Positions 10,150 to 20,150 of a stretch of 28,557 nucleotides of DNA are shown here, in pieces. Origin of the DNA: Octopus sinensis (lineage: Eukaryota); contig NW_021833172.1 of NCBI RefSeq assembly GCF_006345805.1, positions 1 to 28,557 on the forward strand, given 5' to 3'. Below the pieces are notes generated by a model that worked only from the letters and a program-made list of their open reading frames with translations, was not told the DNA's origin and ran no database searches. A program made the position numbers and the translations under genes. The stretch's first letter is position 1. Each line of letters starts with the position of its first letter.

Positions 10150-10221
10150 TTTTCCTTTTTTTTCTTTCTTTTCTTTCTTTTCTTTTCTTTCTTTCTTTTC
10201 TTTTCTTTACTTCTTTCTTTT

Positions 10222-10277
<56 letters not shown>

Positions 10278-10295
10278 TTCTTTTCTTTTTTTGTT
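10150..10295. repeat. (TTTC)n microsatellite
   Basis: Directly visible. Confidence 0.95.
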
Positions 10296-10799
10296 TTGTT
10301 TTTCTAGTTTACAGCCATTACGAAAATCCTATGAAATCTGAGGCGTATACCGGTCTAAGGGGCTGTTACCAGCTACAATACCACACAGACTGTAGTACAA
10401 TGTCTGGTATAGAATCAATTAGGTGTTGCTTCATTTATATCACACAAACTAAAAGTTACTTATAGAAACATCAACGAACATATGCAGAAATTAGCCAATA
10501 TATATATCTCTAGATGTCGTGTAGCCCAGCCTAAAACATATTACCCACATAAGAGGTCTGGTTTGGTGTTTCTGTATTTGCCATTGCAACTTTTGGGGTA
10601 GACTGTACACACACACACACGTCCAAAACTGTTTAACGTTTCGGACTTGTATCTTTTGTCATAAATAAATAAATAAATAAATAAATAAAGAGAATAAAAG
10701 AAAGGAAAAGAAAACTGATAAGCAACATACACATGCTTTGCTTCTCATTTTCCTTTTTTAATTTCCTTTCATGTACCCGCTTTATACTGCTTTCTCAAA

Positions 10800-11320
10800 G
10801 TACCGTCGACTCAACAACCGGGACGTTTTCTTATGAAGTCAGACTAAGCCATAAAGTTTGGGCGTTGTTTCGTTATTGCAATATTTTAACACGGTAGCTG
10901 TTTCTTCCAGCTATTAGCCCTTTTCCGAACTCTAAAATTACTTGGCTTTCCTTTGTTCATGCCCATGCGTTACCCTTTTTTGATATCCTTGTGGAAAACA
11001 CAGAATCCAAGCTCTGTCGGGTCTCATCACATTCTATGTTGCATTGTTGTTTTAGTACATAAATAAAGATGCTCGAGAATACTTAGTCATACGCTGCAAG
11101 GGATTCCTTGCATACTACAAGAATTAGGCTCCAACAATGTCATCATTCCGATGTCTACAAGTAGTGGCACTCTAACCCTACTCGTTAATTTTAGTCCAAG
11201 AAGGGAGAATATCGTACACGGCTCTCATGACAAAAATCATAACTTGGTTCGTTCCATATTTTACATGCGGCACGATAGTCTGTTTTACACATCTGTTTCC
11301 CATATGTCATATTAACAAGG
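10800..11320 (-). mobile_element. Decayed REL-endonuclease LINE 3' fragment (HERO/NeSL-like)
   Basis: Minus-strand frameshifted peptides KIWNEP / MIFVMRAVYDILPS, then MRPD...GHEQRKAK, match the FLIRAVYDxLPS and RPD...AHERKxxKY motifs of REL-type LINEs. Many stops. Confidence 0.65.
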
Positions 11321-11542
11321 TAAACATCACCAGTTAAGATTTTAAATATAAATTAAGAAGTTTGAGTGCCAATATCAGTTGGTCTTCGAGAATATTTTGA
11401 CACGCCCAAATATAAACACGCATGCACACGCAAAACACACGTATAGACATTAGTCCTAGCCACTTTACACTTAGTTACTCAAAGTGTCATGCCCGAAGGT
11501 AATTCTCATACAGACGTAGGCTGCTAGTAGAGAGAATTCATG

Positions 11543-11722
11543 TACTTTACTCTCAGATATCGAGTTCTTTTTATTTTGTTCGCCGAGTTAATATGCAGCT
11601 AACATCTACACTATGTATGTAGGTATGTATATATGCATGCATAAGTGTTTGTGTGTGTATACTTACACACATACGTAAAAAACATACATACACACACATG
11701 TATGTATGTATGAATATGTATA

Positions 11723-11800
<78 letters not shown>

Positions 11801-11905
11801 CTCGATACCACGATGCTGTATTTGCAGTTGGTGTTAACTACAAACCACAAATATATATTTACGAACAAAATAGAAAGAACTCGATATCTTAGCTGGAGTA
11901 AAGTA
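11543..11905. repeat. About 40-bp inverted repeat enclosing microsatellites (MITE/foldback-like)
   Basis: 11543-11582 versus reverse complement of 11862-11905: 28-bp core agatatcgagttcttt(t/c)tattttgttcg with 1 mismatch, plus tactttactc. Confidence 0.8.
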
Positions 11906-11924
11906 GAGGCGCTATTATACACAT

Positions 11925-12004
11925 ATACACACAAACACACACACACACACACGCGCATATGTATGTATATATAATATATATAAATATGTGTATATATATA
12001 TATG

Positions 12005-12074
<70 letters not shown>

Positions 12075-12079
12075 GTATG

Positions 12080-12129
<50 letters not shown>

Positions 12130-12302
12130 GTATATATATACATACACATGCACACCACAAACTTGCAGAAGAAATAGTAAAGTTAGAAGTATTAGTAGTA
12201 GTAGTAGTAGTAGTAGTAGTGACGGTGGTGGTGGTGGTCGGTCGTCGTCGTGGTGATTGTGGCAGTGATGGCGGTGGTGGGGGCGGTGGGGGCGGTGGGG
12301 AA
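11925..12302. repeat. Compound (CA)/(TA)/(GTA)/(GTG)/(GTC)/(GGC) microsatellite
   Basis: Directly visible; explains the ORFs at 11758-12489. Confidence 0.95.
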
Positions 12303-12511
12303 GCAGCACTTTTTGAAGGCTCCATTTAAGTGGTACGGTGTTGAATGTCATGAGGTAAGAGACTGTTTCATCATCATTCTGCAGTACGAAGCTATGCCTC
12401 AGTGCTAGTGACATGTCAATGAGGCATCCTTTATGTGTGTATATCTGTGTGTAGGCGTAAGTATGTTCATGTGTGTGTGTTGCGCGCACATGTGTGTATA
12501 TGACTGTACGA

Positions 12512-12555
<44 letters not shown>

Positions 12556-12711
12556 ACAAGTGAAATTACGTTATGAAGCAATGTTTTTCTAGAAATATCT
12601 CAATTAATAGCAAACAACGCCAAGCTTTCAGATAACACAGAAATGGCAGCCATATTTTTCTCAAATCACATTCTGCTTCCTACTCTCCATACAAAAGAAG
12701 ATAAAAACGGA

Positions 12712-12800
12712 GGAACAGGCCATGACTGTGTGGTAAAGAAGCTTGGTCAAGGCGGTGCCCCACCATGGTCGCAGTCTATTGACTGAAATATATAAAAGAT
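12712..12800 (+). mobile_element. Internally deleted (about 90-bp) SINE family A
   Basis: Head catgactgtgtggtaaagaagcttg fused directly to tail tcaaggcggtgcccc.catggtcgcagtc..tgactgaaa. Confidence 0.75.
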
Positions 12801-12854
12801 GACATATATATATATATATATATGTATATATGATATATATGTATATATATAAAA

Positions 12855-12960
12855 TACAAGATGGGACAAGAACGCAAAACATCCAAATAGACGACACAAA
12901 AAACACGGACGGGTCATTCGAAGCCTCCAATCTTCAGTCAAGAACTGGATAATTTCGGCT
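12855..12960 (-). mobile_element. Penelope-like terminal remnant
   Basis: Minus strand has cagccGAAAt..CTGAAGAttggaggcttcGAAt in the same microsatellite-flanked, purine-rich context as the other remnants. Confidence 0.3.
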
Positions 12961-13099
12961 GATTAATATATATGGGAGAGGAAAAATAAGGCAGAATGCT
13001 AAACTGAAAGCAAATTTTGATAAAAATGGGTGTATGAAAAATTACAAAAAGGAAATCAACCCGGCTTTCATAGCAAGGCAAATTTTCAAGATATATATA

Positions 13100-13350
13100 T
13101 GTTATAGTAGTTTGGATCAAATTTGGACTTGAACAATATTCTGAGGCCTTGCGAAGGCCATTCTTCAGAGAATAATGGAGGGAATGGCGGACAGAGCAAA
13201 AGATGGACGGACAATTTGAAGAAATGGACCAGCAAACCAGCAAATCATAAACGGAGATCCGAGCTTCGGTACACAGTTGTGATAGACAAAGAAGATTGAT
13301 GCAGTTTGCCACAACGGTACTCTTACCGCTCCATCAAAGTTGAGGGCCTA
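13100..13350 (+). mobile_element. Decayed RTE-clade LINE ORF2 C-terminus
   Basis: GLAKAILQRIMEG (from 13145) and, after a frameshift, KRWTDNLKKWT (to 13230) match the RTE/BovB pattern GLAKTILQGxxEG..RGRQxKRWxDNIKEWT. Confidence 0.75.
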
Positions 13351-14415
13351 TGTAAGGAAGCGTTGATTTTTTTGTTTTATTTAGTTGACTGAGTTTCAGA
13401 CGATAGAAAAATTATCGTAGACCATGGGTGTTGTACAGGGGTCATAAAAAGAAGTCAGAATTGGTCATTGGGAGCTTGTGTGGATAGCCAAGGGCTCACT
13501 AAACACCTGAAATGATCTTGAACATGAACAGTGTTGGATTATTTATCGATCTGAATCTAGAAGAACGTGGTTAAGGCTAAAACTTGCTAATTTCCGGTCA
13601 AATAGTGATGCAATATTTCACGTTAAATATTTCTACTATATCTTATCATACGACTGAATCTTTTCATTCAATTTCGTTAAATATTTTCAGAATTCCCAGT
13701 ATTTTCTTCATTAAAAAGCGGCAATGACACAAAAGAACGACGGAATTATTGTTTTCAAATCAAGAAATTTTTCATTGATTACACTTTATTATTTGCTTCA
13801 GAAGTTTACATGATTGTTGTCGATATTCTATGACAGAGGCAATTATATAAAAAGTTAACCGACCCCTACTCGATATGTATAATAGTAGATGTTGGAGATG
13901 TACTTCATAGGGGTTTATTCCCAAATTAGCTCTGATTGAGAAGAAACTTTTGTCACTCTTTCAAACGATTATTTGAGACCCACCGATATAATATGTAGTA
14001 TTATCGCTTCATAAAATCTCATATTGTGATCTCCAACATGTGGTAGGCTAACATTCAGGGTACTCTAATGCAAAGGTAGGGAGAGGGGATGGAAATTTAC
14101 TTTTTTATTTACTGTCCAGTCTGTTGTTCTTTAGCTCCAGTCCGAGGTCTCCCTTGATTGAGCAGAACTATGGTCAAAAGCATTCCAGCCGTGTCTACCC
14201 CATCTTTTCACTACGTGCAGGATACCCAAGGCAACATCATCCACTATATCTCCCTTCCATGGATTCACTTGGTCAGAGTTGACCATGAGTTAATTTAGCA
14301 AAAACGAAAACGATTCCAATTTCACTACCAACCAATTCCAACGTACCACCGCTCTCTTTGTTTCCATTGACACAAGGTGGGCTAATTCAAACCAGATGAG
14401 AAATCACATGTATAG

Positions 14416-14486
14416 CGAAGGGACTTAAGAGCTACTCGCCCTGAGGACACAGAATTTAAGCCGTTCCCGTTTGATCTGCTAAAACG
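14416..14486 (+). CDS. Candidate small exon (RRDLRATRPEDTEFKPFPFDLLK + phase 2)
   Basis: Good donor CG|GTAAGA and an open frame, but weak acceptor (alternative AG at 14452). Confidence 0.2.
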
Positions 14487-14515
14487 GTAAGAACGCATCC
14501 GTTTGGGTTGGTGGA

Positions 14516-14635
<120 letters not shown>

Positions 14636-14739
14636 TAAGAAAGTTGGTTTGTGAAAGCACGTGGTTGAATATATAGAAAATAATAGTTTTTTCACTTTTT
14701 ACTATTTTCTATATATATATATTTATTCACTGTACTACT

Positions 14740-14970
14740 CACCAGCACCACCAGCACCACCAGCACCACCAGCACCAGCACCAACACCACCACCACCAAC
14801 AACAACAACAACAACAACAACAATGCCACCACTGTCATCAAGGATACCACCACCACCACCACCATCACTATCGTCATAATAACACCACTCCCAACATCAA
14901 CAATGCCGCCATTACCACCATCACAGCTACGACCATCATTAGCCACAAGAACCACCACCACCACTACCAA
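14740..14970. repeat. Degenerate (CAC)/(CAA)/(CAT) trinucleotide tract
   Basis: Directly visible. Confidence 0.9.
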
Positions 14971-15454
14971 TACTTTCCCTCCTCCCATCTCTACCCGTTA
15001 CATCCTTAACCCACCATCAACACCACTAGTATCACCCCTACCGCGACTTGTCCACCCCTGTCTTACCCCATACAGTTTAATTCGTTTTGCTTTGCAGCAA
15101 AAAGGAGAACACCTTTTTCTTGGATTCTTTGTATTTGTCTTTGTTTCTTTTTTTTTTTTATAGAAGTGGTGGTGCTGTTGGTTGTGGTGGTGGTGGTGGA
15201 GGTGGTAACACCGTGATACCTTGGTATCATAGCATTACCTAAGTCTAGCAACTAGAAGTACGTGATGGGTGGAAGTGGGGTGGAAATGGGTGGAAATTTC
15301 GAAAGGAAGACGGAAAGAAAGAAAGCTTCGTTGTTCTTGGGTATCGTTGAATTTAAGAAATGTAGCAAAAACCAAAAAGATTGTTCTGATTAGCATATAG
15401 GTGTCTTTGTGTTGTGTGTGCGTGTGTGTGTGCACGTACGGGTATGTATGTGTA

Positions 15455-15686
15455 AGAGAGAGAGAAGGAGACAGACAGAGAGACAGACAGGGAGAGAGAA
15501 AGAGAAAGCTTGATATCAGAATAGACAGAGATAAGCAGAAAGAGAGAGAAGAGAGAAAGTGCATGAAAGTGAGAAATGGGGGTGAGATACACGCAGAGAA
15601 TGAGAGAGGGAGAGACAACCAGAAAGAGTGTGTTTGTATGTGTGTGAGGGAGAGAGGGAGAGAGAGAAAGAGATAAATAGATAGAC

Positions 15687-15719
<33 letters not shown>

Positions 15720-15758
15720 GAGACAGACAGACAGAGACAGAGACAGAGAGAGAGAGAG
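15455..15758. repeat. (GA)n/(GACA)n polypurine tract
   Basis: Directly visible. Confidence 0.9.
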
Positions 15759-15939
15759 TTTCAAAGTGAGAACGTAAATATGACTTTAGTATGTATTTGT
15801 AGAGTGGCTGTGATATGTCGTATGCGCGAACGTATGCGTAAGTTTTATCTGCAGAGTAATGAATATTTTAGTATTCCCAAGCTACACAGTAATTTAATGG
15901 ATATATTTGCACGACGTTCTGAATATATTCCTACCTAAT

Positions 15940-16170
15940 ATGATAATATAGGCATCAGCCGGCTGAAGATGATGGCAATTTGAGTAGTTTTGTACGGGGC
16001 GCCACGTCATCGGTTTGGGATCTTTTAAATGCAAACCGAAAACGTGAAAAATTCCTTGAGTGGAGCCAAGCTCATAAGAGATGTGATGCAGACGAGCGTA
16101 GGAGTGGATGTAAACATTGTCGGCCAAACTATTCAGAGCATTCTCTGTGAAACGGTTTAGTACTGTTTCA
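15940..16170 (+). mobile_element. Decayed Tc1-like transposase N-terminal HTH region
   Basis: GATSSVWDLLNANRKRE frameshifting into SGAKLIRDVMQTSVGVDVNIVGQTIQSILCET resembles the Tc1 pattern GRPRxTT..DR....SAxxLRxEL...GVxVSxQTIRxxL. Confidence 0.5.
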
Positions 16171-16233
16171 TTAATTGTGTCACTAATTAAATGTTTATCA
16201 GGTAAATGAATATGAATGGACAAGAGAACCAGC

Positions 16234-16303
<70 letters not shown>

Positions 16304-16305
<2 letters not shown>

Positions 16306-16844
16306 GTATATTTGCCACTTAAATGTGGCTAGCCACTAAGGGTGGATGCTACTGTAGCTTGTAGCCCCAGGAGAACATCTTCTTCAGCTGGCTATTGACA
16401 CACTTTCTGTGCCTTATCAGTATTTGCAAAGGGCGGCCATCCTTCCCATCGTCGACCTGGCGTGATACGCACGGACCCGGGTTTCTGAATTTTTACCCGT
16501 CGTCAGCGCACGGCAATCACCGGTCTTCGATACGAAGGGGTCCCAATACAAATACATATATCCTTTTTCCAGAGACGAAAAGTCACTGATCTCGAAAAAG
16601 TGTAAACAAGCAATAATAAATCTCTGAACGAGGTATAAACAGTAGCTGCACGACAATACCCAGAAACCCGGGTCCGTGCGTATCACATCATGTCGGCGAT
16701 AGGAAGGATGACTTCCCTTTGCAAATACTGATAGGTCACAGAAAGTGTGTCAATAGCCAGCTGGAGAAGATGTTCTCCTGGGGCTACAAGCTACAGTAGC
16801 ACCCACCCTTAGTGGTAAGCCAGATTTAAGTGGCAAATATACTT
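16304..16844. mobile_element. 184-bp inverted repeat element (Penelope pLTR-like or retrozyme-like)
   Basis: Arms 16304-16487 and 16661-16844 align without gaps with 15 mismatches counted by eye (about 92%). Spacer 173 bp. Hammerhead motif at the inner end of the arms. Confidence 0.85.
16462..16520 (-). ncRNA. Type I hammerhead ribozyme (near-intact)
   Basis: Minus strand GUGAU-UGC-CGUGCG CUGACGA C-GGGU-AAAA-AUUC-A GAAA CCCGG GUC/ CGUGCG-U-AUCAC. Conserved core, 6+5-bp stem I with internal loop, stem II with C.A closing mismatch, palindromic stem III ACCCGGGU. Predicted cleavage between 16474 and 16473. Confidence 0.8.
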
Positions 16845-16959
16845 TACATGTCGTGCAGCTACTGTTTATACCTCGTTCAAAGATTTTATCAGAGATATTT
16901 TTAACATTTTTATCAGAGATATTTGAACACTTACATAGTTTCTCTAAACACAATATATT

Positions 16960-17330
16960 TTTAATTGTTTCAACCATTGGACTGCGGCCACGCTGGAACA
17001 CAACTATGATGTGTATAGCCGAACAAATCGATCTCAAAGTCTGGTACATATTCTGGTGGTCTCTTCTACCGAACCGCTAGGTCACAGGAACGTAGACAAA
17101 CCAACACCGGTTATCTAGTGGAGTGCGTGTGAGACAAACACAAATATAAAGATATGCACATACATATATACACACACACACAGTTTCTGTCTACTAAATT
17201 CACTCACAAGACAGTAGTTGGCTCGGGGCAACAGTAGAAAACTCTTGCTTAGTGCCGTGCAGTGGGGCTGAACCCCAAACCTGGCAGTTGCTGATCGGAG
17301 CTTCTTAACCACACAGTCATGTCTGCTCTT
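16960..17330 (-). mobile_element. SINE family A, full length, diverged
   Basis: Reverse-complement tail at 16965-17110, internal (CA)n, head at 17183-17330. Confidence 0.85.
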
Positions 17331-17339
17331 ATGCATGGA

Positions 17340-17775
17340 GATTTTTAAATAACGTACAAGACTTCCCAGATAAAAATAAACTGAGAACAGTATGTCAAGG
17401 CTTGAAGAATAAGTTAAGGCACCAAGAAAATAGTAATGTTTACAATTGTGATCTCCAGACGGAACTAGATATTGCAAAAAAATTATTTCCTGGATAGGTA
17501 ACGCTTCCGGTAGAAGCCGTTAGATTTATCAGCAGTGATAAGTTTCAGGATGCCATGCCAAAATTGTGGGATGAAATAAAAATAATGCTTACGATACTTA
17601 ACTTCGACCATAGTTGAGAGAAATTTTAGTAAAATAAAGCAAGCTTATTTACATATAATTATGACTGATCATGACTCAAAATATTAAATTCTTTGGCAAT
17701 TTTGTCAGAAACTGATATTGAGAAAAGATAGATGTAGAAGGTTCTATGAAAATATTTGCAGGAGAAAGAATGCTT
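17340..17775 (+). mobile_element. Decayed hAT transposase C-terminal dimerization region
   Basis: Peptides MPKLWDEIKIMLTI, VERNFSKIKQAYLHIIMT, NSLAILS, DVEGSMKIFAGER align in order to the hAT motif FPNL..LRILLT..AERSFSKLKLIKxYLRSTM..LxxLAIL..IDxFA. Confidence 0.7.
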
Positions 17776-18181
17776 TGGTTGTGATAATTTACGTTTTAAT
17801 GTATAATTTATTTTGTTTGATTCTTTAAGTCTTTAATTTATTAGGAGAAAATATGTTACATTTATAGGAAATTAACGCCGTCCTTCGGCTTTCTCATCCC
17901 ATCTTTTAGTAACTGTTTACTTGAAAAACGAGAAAAAAAAAAGTAAGAAAAGATAAAATGGTCGAGACCATTACCAGTAATGTACATAGTTTGTCTGACA
18001 CTTTCCTCTCTTTTTTTTTCTCTCTCTATCCCTCATCTTCTCTGTCTCTCTTTCTCTTGCTTTCTCTCTTATTTATACAGACGAAAAGATATGAAAATTG
18101 ATGCTGTGTTTGGATTGCTCTCTTTAGCTTGTATATCTTAATAAACCCTTAATTCTTTCATTTGCTGTCTTTTTCTTATAG

Positions 18182-18270
18182 TGAAAAATTCCAAAAGCTT
18201 ATTTCCCTGGTGGTTCCAAAATTCATTTGGGTAAATTTTGTACCGGAGACCCTATGGCTGGCCCTGACAG
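18182..18270 (+). CDS. Candidate internal exon (phase 2 to 1: EKFQKLISLVVPKFIWVNFVPETLWLALT; alternative donor at 18231)
   Basis: Strong acceptor tttgctgtctttttcttatAG, consensus donor CAG|GTATTG, only one frame open across it, outside recognisable repeats. Confidence 0.5.
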
Positions 18271-18304
18271 GTATTGGCTGGTTATAAACTTTACGCAGAA
18301 GTGT

Positions 18305-18962
18305 AGTCGATTGAAACAATCCCCACACTTCCCTGGCACTTATTTTATCGACCGTAGCAAGATGAAAGGCAAAATCGACCTTGACAGAATTTTCTCTCAG
18401 AACGTAAAAGGATGTAAATACCACAAGGCATATTATCTGATGCTTTACCGTTTTTACCGATCAGCCGACCTTTTTATACTTAATAATGGTTTCAAATTTT
18501 AGAACAAGGCCAGCAATTTCGGAGTAAGGGGTAAAGCGATTACATTGACCCCAGTGCTCATCTGGTACGTATTTCATCGACGCCGAAAGGATGAAAGGTA
18601 AAGTCGACCTCGGCGGAATTTGAACTCAGAAATGTAAACGCGGATGAAATGCCGCAAAGCATTTCATCCGTGTTTACCGCTAACGATTCTGCTATCTCGC
18701 CGCCTTTTCCATACTTAATAATCCTTTCTACAATAGGCACAAGGCCTGAAATTTTGGGGTGGGGGCAGGGTTAATTCGATTGCATCGACTCCAGTACTCC
18801 GCGGATACTTATTTTATTGACCCCCGAAAGGATGAAAGGCAAAGTCAGCCTCGGTGGTATTTGAACTCAGATCGTAAAGACGGACGAAACGCCGCTAAGC
18901 ATTTTGCTCGACATGCTAACGATTCTACCAACTCACCGCTTTACTTTTTCATACTTAATAAT
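18305..18962 (-). mobile_element. Head-to-tail array of three SINE family B copies
   Basis: Copies at about 18305-18470, 18488-18705 and 18723-18945, each followed by the identical 12-mer atacttaataat (18476, 18711, 18951). Confidence 0.9.
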
Positions 18963-19005
18963 AAAATCCTAAAATGTAAATGAATAAAAAAAAAAGATGC
19001 TGGAC

Positions 19006-19110
19006 AAGACGGTGTGCTGGCAGAAACGTTAGCGCTCTGGCTGATGTGCTTAACTCTATTTCGTCTGTCTTTACGCTTTTGAGTTCAAATTTCGCCGAGG
19101 TCGACTTTGA
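19006..19110 (+). mobile_element. SINE family B, 5' half
   Basis: tggcagaaacgttagc...gagttcaaatttcgccgaggtcgacttt, then truncated. Confidence 0.85.
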
Positions 19111-19136
19111 CGTGCAGATTGTTTAATTAAATTTTA

Positions 19137-19297
19137 GGCGTAGGACTGGCTGTGTGGTAAGGAGCTTGCTTACCAACCACATGGTTCCGGGTTCAGTCCC
19201 ACTGCGTGGCACATTGGGTAAGTGTCTTCTACTATATCCTCGGGCCGACCAAAGCCTTGTGAGTAGATTTGGTAGACGGAAACTGAAAGAAGCCCGT

Positions 19298-19356
<59 letters not shown>

Positions 19357-19563
19357 TTGTGTGTCTGTGTTTGTCCCCCCAACATCGCTTGACAACCGAT
19401 GCTGGTGTGTTTACGTCTCCGTCACTTAGCGGTTCGGCAAGAGGGATCGATAGAATAAGTACTAGGCTTACAAAGAATAAGTCCTGGGGTCGATTTGTTC
19501 AACTAAAGGCGGTGCTCCAGCATGGCCGCAGTCAAATGACTGAAACAAATAAAAGAATAAAGA
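19137..19563 (+). mobile_element. SINE family A, full length, least diverged copy
   Basis: A-box-like TGGCTGTGTGGTAAG, B-box-like GGTTCAGTCCC, internal (TA)n(TG)n, tail gactgaaacaaataaaagaataaag. Confidence 0.92.
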
Positions 19564-19638
19564 TGTGAGTCTGCTCATTTTCTGTTGTACTATTTCATTC
19601 TTCATTTAAGTTTTCTACCGCTCAGTGATTTGTTTCAG

Positions 19639-19680
19639 AATGGATTTCCAAGAGTAGCCATATACTATTGCCTTAAAGCG
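19639..19680 (+). CDS. Candidate 42-nt exon (NGFPRVAIYYCLKA, phase 0 to 0)
   Basis: Acceptor atttgtttcAG, donor GCG|GTGAGC, only frame 0 open. Confidence 0.45.
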
Positions 19681-19729
19681 GTGAGCGACTTACTCAACAA
19701 ATGATATGCTCCTGACGAGAAGAAATTGC

Positions 19730-20150
19730 GATACAGTTGCAATTTCTGGTTTAAGTGATGCCACCTCACTTACACCACAGCTGGTTTAGAGAAAGGCATG
19801 AATACCACACAAACACATTTTCAACCTCCTCTAAAAAATAAGAACTATTATTGCTGCATAGCAAAGTAGAACGAAAATAATCTATATGATAATGCCTGTG
19901 AGTAATGATGCATTTCATAAGTAACTGGTTGTATATATTTGTCAATCTGACGAAACCAGGTGCTGCATGTAACCAGATGAAATTCCTGGCATAACATAAG
20001 CAGTAGTAAGCTGCTGTCAGTATTATCACATGTGATGGATCTCTCCATATAGCGAAGGTACGGCTGGTTTACATATTGATGTACGATTTTGTCGACTCTG
20101 TTGATAAGCCCGTATAAAACCACTGCCAACGAAGTAGACACATCGCTCTC
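19730..20150 (+). mobile_element. Decayed hAT (Charlie/FAM200-ZBED5-like) transposase fragment
   Basis: Ordered remnants KA*IPHKHI, MPVSND, QSDET, KP..TTANEV resemble KAxKPHTI / PLSNDT / QLDEST / KPL..TTA. Many stops. Confidence 0.45.

Noticed and set aside
12278-12301. G-quadruplex-like runs (also 15265-15295 and 23790-23812)
   Set aside because: By-products of GGT/GGC microsatellites or a SINE variable region; most lack four clean G3 tracts.
13889-14039. 11-bp inverted repeat atgttggagat/atctccaacat
   Set aside because: About one such match is expected by chance in a window this size; no TSD.
15952-16160. Protein-like open frame considered as a host exon
   Set aside because: The two plausible halves are in different frames and together match a Tc1 transposase HTH region.
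19771-19830. Minus-strand exon candidate EEVENVFVWYSCLSLNQLW with GTAAGT donor
   Set aside because: Lies antisense within the hAT relic and does not chain to other minus-strand candidates.
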